Assembly: GCF_004296515.1 (NCBI RefSeq)
Contig: NZ_AP018160.1
Location: forward strand, 60,001 to 92,000
DNA from: Candidatus Saccharimonadota bacterium
GTDB taxonomy: Bacteria; Pseudomonadota; Gammaproteobacteria; Enterobacterales; Enterobacteriaceae
DNA: 32,000 nucleotides
Direction: 5' to 3'
The notes below the pieces were generated by a model. It ran no database searches. It was not told the origin of the DNA and worked only from the letters and a program-made list of their open reading frames with translations. Shown piece after piece: positions 27,905 to 32,000 of the stretch (position 1 is its first letter; each line of letters begins with the position of its first letter). Both the position numbers and the translations under genes were made by a program.

Positions 27905-27916
27905 TATTTAAACATT

Positions 27917-27987
27917 GCGAACATAGTATAAAGGTATTATTTTAGTTTTCCAAACTAATGATATGGGTTCGATTCCCATTGTTCGCT
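27917..27987 (+). tRNA. tRNA-Gly (anticodon UCC)
   Basis: gcgaacatagtataaaggtattattttagttttccaaactaatgatatgggttcgattcccattgttcgct has anticodon arm ttagt/ttTCCaa/actaa and U73, as in E. coli glyT. No CCA is encoded. Confidence 0.9.
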
Positions 27988-27997
27988 AAAAAATTTT

Positions 27998-28072
27998 GCT
28001 GATATAGCTCAGTAGGTTTAGAGTACACCCTTGGTAAGGGTGTGGTCGGCAGTTCGAATCTGCCTATCAGCA
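27998..28072 (+). tRNA. tRNA-Thr (anticodon GGU)
   Basis: gctgatatagctcagtaggtttagagtacacccttggtaagggtgtggtcggcagttcgaatctgcctatcagca has anticodon arm caccc/ttGGTaa/gggtg. It is near-identical to E. coli thrT outside the D loop. No CCA is encoded. Confidence 0.92.
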
Positions 28073-28101
28073 TTTTTATTAAATTTAATATGGTTAATAA
28101 A

Positions 28102-29286
28102 ATGTCTAAAGAAAAATTTAAAAGAGATAAAATTCATATTAATGTAGGAACAATAGGACATGTTGATCATGGAAAAACTACTTTAACTTCTGCTATAACA
28201 TTAGTTTTATCTGAAAAATATGGTGGAAATATATATAAATTTGATCAAATAGATAATGCTCCAGAAGAAAAAGCTAGAGGAATAACAATTAATACATCTC
28301 ATGTAGAATATGATTCTAAATTGAGACATTATGCTCATGTTGATTGTCCTGGTCATTCGGATTATATAAAAAATATGATAACAGGAGCTGCTCAAATGGA
28401 TTGTGCTATATTAGTTGTAGCAGCTACAGATGGTCCTATGCCTCAAACTAGAGAACACATATTATTGGCTAGACAAGTAGGTGTTCCATATATAGTTGTT
28501 TTCATAAATAAATGTGATATGGTTTCAGATGAAGAAATATTAGAATTAGTAGAAATGGAAATAAGAGAATTATTATCTCAATATGGATTTCCTGGTGAAG
28601 AAACACCAATAATAAGAGGATCTGCTTTAAAAGCATTAGAAAATGATATAAATTGGTCTAATAAAATATTAGAATTATTTGATATTTTAGACAAATATAT
28701 ACCAGAACCTAAAAGAGATATAGATAAACCATTTTTACTACCTATAGAAGATGTATTTTCTATTTCAGGAAGAGGAACAGTAGTTACTGGAAGAGTTGAT
28801 AAAGGTATTATTAAAGTTGGTGATGAAGTTGAAGTTGTTGGAATAAAAGATACGACAAAAACTATATGTACTGGAATAGAAATGTTTAGAAAGATATTAG
28901 ATGAAGGAAGAGCTGGAGAAAATATTGGTGTGTTATTACGTGGTATAAAAAGAGAAGATATAGAAAGAGGACAAGTGTTAGCTAAACCTAATACAATAAA
29001 ACCATACATAAAATTTGAATCAGAAGTATATGTATTAAAAAAAGATGAGGGAGGAAGACATACTCCATTTTTTAAAGGATATAAACCTCAATTCTATTTT
29101 CGTACAACTGATGTAACTGGAGTAATAGAATTACCTAAAGATGTAGAAATGGTTATACCAGGTGATAATATTAATATGATAGTTAATCTAATGTATCCTA
29201 TAGCTATGAATGAAGGTTTACATTTTGCTATAAGAGAAGGGGGTAAAACTGTTGGAGCTGGAATTGTAACAAAAATAATTTCATAA
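28102..29286 (+). CDS. tuf: Elongation factor Tu
   Basis: [29 protein letters not shown].. gives 394 aa, exactly the length of E. coli EF-Tu. I trimmed the ORF-track start (28042), which would overlap tRNA-Thr(GGU) and adds 20 non-homologous residues. Confidence 0.99.
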   Translation: MSKEKFKRDKIHINVGTIGHVDHGKTTLTSAITLVLSEKYGGNIYKFDQIDNAPEEKARGITINTSHVEYDSKLRHYAHVDCPGHSDYIKNMITGAAQMDCAILVVAATDGPMPQTREHILLARQVGVPYIVVFINKCDMVSDEEILELVEMEIRELLSQYGFPGEETPIIRGSALKALENDINWSNKILELFDILDKYIPEPKRDIDKPFLLPIEDVFSISGRGTVVTGRVDKGIIKVGDEVEVVGIKDTTKTICTGIEMFRKILDEGRAGENIGVLLRGIKREDIERGQVLAKPNTIKPYIKFESEVYVLKKDEGGRHTPFFKGYKPQFYFRTTDVTGVIELPKDVEMVIPGDNINMIVNLMYPIAMNEGLHFAIREGGKTVGAGIVTKIIS

Positions 29287-29316
29287 ATATTAAATAATTT
29301 ATATATTAATTTTTTA

Positions 29317-29577
29317 ATGATTATTAAATATTTATCTATTTTTTTTGTTTATTTTTTTATTTTTTTATTTTATTTTTATATAAAAAAAAATTGTTTTTTT
29401 TTAAAGAATTTATATAATGAATTAAATAAAATAAATTGGATCTCTTATAAAAAAAGTTTTTATATTTCTTTATTAGTAATATTAATTTCTTTATTTTTAT
29501 CTATATTTATGTTTGGTATAGATATTTTATTAATTTATATTATATCTATAATTTATAATTTTAAAAAAATTAAATGA
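29317..29577 (+). CDS. secE: Preprotein translocase subunit SecE (shortened, about 2 TM segments)
   Basis: The 86-aa ORF lies between tuf and nusG. ..LKNLYNELNKINWISYKKSFYISLLVILISLFLSIFMFGIDILLIYIISII.. parallels the conserved C-terminal region of E. coli SecE (..[49 protein letters not shown]..). Confidence 0.85.
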   Translation: MIIKYLSIFFVYFFIFLFYFYIKKNCFFLKNLYNELNKINWISYKKSFYISLLVILISLFLSIFMFGIDILLIYIISIIYNFKKIK

Positions 29578-30113
29578 ATATTGAATCTAAAAAATGGTAT
29601 GTTATACAAGTTTTTTCTGGATCTGAAAATAAAGTTTTAAAATATATAAAAAATTATATAAAAATATATGATTTATATAATTATTATGATGATATAATTA
29701 TACCTAAAGAAGAAATTATAGAAATTAAATCTGGAAATAAAAAAAAAAGTGAAAGAAAATTTTTTCCTGGATATATATTAATAAAAATGATAATTAATGA
29801 TAATACATTAAATTTTATAAAAAAAGTTCCTAATGTTATAGGTTTTTTGGGTTATTATAACAAACCTTCTTATATAAAAGAAAATGAAATTAATTTAATT
29901 TTTGATAAAATAAATAAATCTAATAAAGATCCTAAACCTAAAATTACTTTTAATTTAGGAGAAAAAATAAGAGTTAATGATGGTCCTTTTTCTGATTTTT
30001 ATGGTATAGTAGAAAGTATTGATTATATTAAAAATAGATTAATTGTTTCTATACTTATATTCGGTAGACCTACTCCTGTTGAATTAAATTTTAATCAAGT
30101 AGAAATAAATTAA
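29574..30113 (+). CDS. nusG: Transcription termination/antitermination factor NusG
   Basis: The 179-aa ORF has KKWYVIQVFSGSENKV.. (E. coli KRWYVVQAFSGFEGRV), ..RKFFPGYILIKM.. and a C-terminal KOW region (..GEKIRVNDGPFSDFYGIVESID..). Its ATG overlaps the secE TGA (ATGA). Confidence 0.93.
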   Translation: MNIESKKWYVIQVFSGSENKVLKYIKNYIKIYDLYNYYDDIIIPKEEIIEIKSGNKKKSERKFFPGYILIKMIINDNTLNFIKKVPNVIGFLGYYNKPSYIKENEINLIFDKINKSNKDPKPKITFNLGEKIRVNDGPFSDFYGIVESIDYIKNRLIVSILIFGRPTPVELNFNQVEIN

Positions 30114-30135
30114 TTTAATAAAAATAAAATATAAA

Positions 30136-30567
30136 ATGAAAAATAAAATAGACTTTTATATAAAATTTCAAATTCCTTCTCAAGAAGCTAGTCCAAATCC
30201 TTCTATAGGATCTGTATTAGGTCAAAGAGGTATAAATATTATTGAATTTTGTAAAGATTTTAATGATAAAACTAAAAACATTGAAAAAGGATTATTAATT
30301 TCTGTTATAGTAAATATTTATTCAGATAAAACTTTTTTATTATCTATAAAATCTCCTGTTACATCTTTTTTATTAAAAAAAGAATTAAATATTAATTTAG
30401 GATCTAAAAATCCAGGTAAAGATTTTATAGGGTCTATAAGTATGGATAAAATAAATAATATATCTAATTTAAAATTTAAATATATGAATGGATATGATAT
30501 TGATTCTATAAATAAATCTATAATAGGAACCGCTAAATCTATGGGTATAAAAATAATAAATGATTAA
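30136..30567 (+). CDS. rplK: 50S ribosomal protein L11
   Basis: The 143-aa ORF has ..IKFQIPSQEASPNPSIGSVLGQRGINIIEFCKDFNDKTK.. matching E. coli L11 ..[38 protein letters not shown].. Confidence 0.95.
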   Translation: MKNKIDFYIKFQIPSQEASPNPSIGSVLGQRGINIIEFCKDFNDKTKNIEKGLLISVIVNIYSDKTFLLSIKSPVTSFLLKKELNINLGSKNPGKDFIGSISMDKINNISNLKFKYMNGYDIDSINKSIIGTAKSMGIKIIND

Positions 30568-30654
30568 TATTATTAAAATTTAATTAAATATTACAAATAT
30601 ATTAATTAAACAAATTATAATATATAAATAAATAAAATAATTTAATTAAATATA

Positions 30655-31167
30655 ATGAAAATAAAAAATATTGAATATAAAAAAAATATAGTATTAAATC
30701 TAAATGAATTATTAAAACATAAAATTTTATCTTTGATATTAATTAATCCTACTTATTTAAGTTTTAATGACTTAATATATATTAGAAAAAATGTTATTAG
30801 TAAAAAATTAAATTTATTTATGATAAAAAATTCTTTACTTAAAAAATCAATAGTAAATACTAAATTTAATTTTATAGAAAAATATGCTAATGGACCAAAT
30901 ATGATTTTATATTTTTATGAATATAATATAATTGATTATGTAAAAAAAATAATTTCTTTTTTTAAAAATAAAAATTTAAATAATATAAAATTAATATTTG
31001 TTGAAAATAGAATTTTTGTTGAATCTAAAATAGATTATTTACATAATTTAATATCATTTGAAAATTCTATAAAAAAAATTATATTTATTTTAAATAAAAT
31101 ATCTATAATTAACTTATTAAAAATTTTTAATTTTATAAAAAAAATAAAACATGAAGAGGAAATTTAA
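30655..31167 (+). CDS. rplJ: 50S ribosomal protein L10
   Basis: The 170-aa ORF lies directly upstream of rplL (TAA then ATG with no spacer). It has an L10-like pattern: ..LIYIRKNVISKKLNLFMIKNSLLKKSI.. vs E. coli ..[27 protein letters not shown].., and ..GPNMILY.. vs ..GPTLIAY.. Confidence 0.85.
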   Translation: MKIKNIEYKKNIVLNLNELLKHKILSLILINPTYLSFNDLIYIRKNVISKKLNLFMIKNSLLKKSIVNTKFNFIEKYANGPNMILYFYEYNIIDYVKKIISFFKNKNLNNIKLIFVENRIFVESKIDYLHNLISFENSIKKIIFILNKISIINLLKIFNFIKKIKHEEEI

Positions 31168-31533
31168 ATGTCTATAACAAAAGAACAAATAATAGAAGAA
31201 ATTTCAAAAATGTCATTAATTGAAATTAATGAATTTATATCTATGATAGAAACAAAATTTAATATAAAAAATGATTTATATAAAGAAAATCAAGATACTA
31301 ATAATGATAAATTAAAAATTAAAGATGAATTTAATATTATATTAAAATCTATAGGAGAAAATAAAATATCTGTTATAAAAGTTATTAGATCAATATTAAA
31401 TTTAGATTTAAAAGAATCTAAAAAATTAGTTGAATCATGTCCTGTTACTTTAAAAGAAAAATTAAAGGAATCTGAAATAAATAATATTAAAGAACTATTA
31501 GAAAACGCCGGAGCGACTATAGAAATACAATAA
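31168..31533 (+). CDS. rplL: 50S ribosomal protein L7/L12
   Basis: The 121-aa ORF begins MSITKEQIIEEISKMSLIEINEFISMIETKF.. and has ..KISVIKVIRSILNLDLKESKKLVES.. and ..ELLENAGATIEI.. as in L7/L12. Confidence 0.95.
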   Translation: MSITKEQIIEEISKMSLIEINEFISMIETKFNIKNDLYKENQDTNNDKLKIKDEFNIILKSIGENKISVIKVIRSILNLDLKESKKLVESCPVTLKEKLKESEINNIKELLENAGATIEIQ

Positions 31534-31578
31534 TTTATATTATTAAGTTAACTTATTTATTTAATAGAGGAAAAATTA

Positions 31579-32000
31579 ATGTCTAATTTAAATAATAGAA
31601 TAAGAAAAGATTTTAGTAAATTTAATAATATATTAAATATTCCTAATTTACTTTCTATACAAAGAGAATCTTATGATAAATTTATAGGTATAAATAATAA
31701 ATTAGATTCTGGTATTAGTAATATTTTTAATTTTATATTTCCAATAAGTAGTTATGATAATAATACTGTATTAAAATATAATGATTTTTATATAGAAAAT
31801 TCAATATATGATATACAAGAATGTATAAATAGAAATATAACATATTCTTTTTCTTTAAAATCTAAATTAAGTTTATTTATAAATAATTCCTTGATTAAAG
31901 AACAAGATACATATATATCTTATATTCCTATAATGACTGAAAATTGTTCATTTATAATAAATGGTATAGAAAAAGTTATAGTTTCTCAATTACATAGAAG
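31579..32000 (+). CDS. rpoB: DNA-directed RNA polymerase beta subunit, N-terminal fragment (continues beyond the window end)
   Basis: Not in the ORF track because no stop lies in the window. The ATG at 31579 follows an AGAGGA Shine-Dalgarno. The translation is MSNLNNRIRKDFSKFNNILNIPNLLSIQRESYDKFI.....INGIEKVIVSQLHR, which matches E. coli RpoB ..[32 protein letters not shown]....INGTERVIVSQLHR. Confidence 0.93.
   Translation, partial: MSNLNNRIRKDFSKFNNILNIPNLLSIQRESYDKFIGINNKLDSGISNIFNFIFPISSYDNNTVLKYNDFYIENSIYDIQECINRNITYSFSLKSKLSLFINNSLIKEQDTYISYIPIMTENCSFIINGIEKVIVSQLHR

Noticed and set aside
28042-28101. ORF-track N-terminal extension of tuf ([20 protein letters not shown]..)
   Set aside because: The extension overlaps tRNA-Thr(GGU) (27998-28072) and has no EF-Tu homology. 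The ATG at 28102 gives the canonical MSKEKF start and a 394-aa product.
28207-29009. Minus-strand ORFs 28207-28395 and 28578-29009 inside tuf
   Set aside because: They are antisense to tuf. Long antisense frames are common opposite highly conserved, relatively G+C-richer genes, and there is no supporting signal.
21124-29577. Alternative genetic code (UGA = Trp), as in some tiny A+T-rich symbiont genomes
   Set aside because: TGA terminates the eno-like gene (21127-21129) and secE (29575-29577) at positions consistent with homolog lengths. Conserved Trp residues are encoded by TGG, and all ORFs are full length under the standard code.
31534-31578. rplL-rpoB attenuator or terminator
   Set aside because: The spacer is only 45 bp and contains just a 12-nt loop-less palindrome (taagttaactta). 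Nothing resembles the E. coli rplL-rpoB attenuator, so none is called.
1-32000. Mobile elements, CRISPR arrays, prophage, toxin-antitoxin or defence islands, or a novel multi-gene system
   Set aside because: Every ORF over 85 codons except one is an identifiable housekeeping gene in ancestral enterobacterial order. The largest intergenic spacer is about 150 bp. I saw no direct-repeat arrays, IS termini or integrase-like genes. I found no support for such a system in this window.

Overview
This window looks like part of an extremely A+T-rich, heavily reduced genome of an Enterobacterales-derived gammaproteobacterial insect endosymbiont. That is judged by eye from protein similarity and E. coli-like gene order; G+C was not computed. 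I cannot name the organism.

The window is almost wall-to-wall housekeeping genes. I count 33 protein-coding genes (two run off the window ends) and 10 tRNAs. They form several ancestral E. coli synteny blocks joined together, with genes cleanly deleted from inside each block:
- dnaE<-bamA<-uppS<-frr<-tsf<-rpsB | map->
- tRNA Met-Leu-Gln (metT-operon-like) next to glnS
- a small orphan ORF, a porin and gyrA
- ssb
- mreDCB-aroQ, tRNA-Arg(UCU), rplY, tyrS
- mrcB, an eno-like gene, an nlpD-like gene
- dnaK-dnaJ
- recA-alaS-tRNA Ser-Arg
- tRNA Thr-Tyr-Gly-Thr-tuf-secE-nusG-rplK-rplJ-rplL-rpoB

The standard genetic code applies: TGA terminates the eno-like gene and secE, and Trp is TGG. I see no mobile elements, CRISPR arrays, toxin-antitoxin or defence loci, and no multi-gene novel system, and I do not want to invent one.

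The interesting signals are gene-level outcomes of reductive evolution:
1. A full-length enolase homolog that appears to have lost most catalytic residues.
2. An AlaRS cut down to its catalytic N-terminal half, with no editing or C-Ala domains.
3. rplA missing from the rplK-rplJ junction.
4. A tRNA-Leu(UAG) without the long variable arm.
5. A 24-nt poly-T tract directly abutting the tRNA-Tyr 5' end.
6. Loss of dxr, cdsA, rseP, skp, the lpx genes, rnhB and pyrH from their ancestral positions, while BamA, a porin, MreBCD, PBP1B and NlpD are kept.
7. An SSB C-terminal tip with Pro->Gln at the ssb-113 position.

All alignments were done by eye against remembered E. coli sequences and need computational confirmation.
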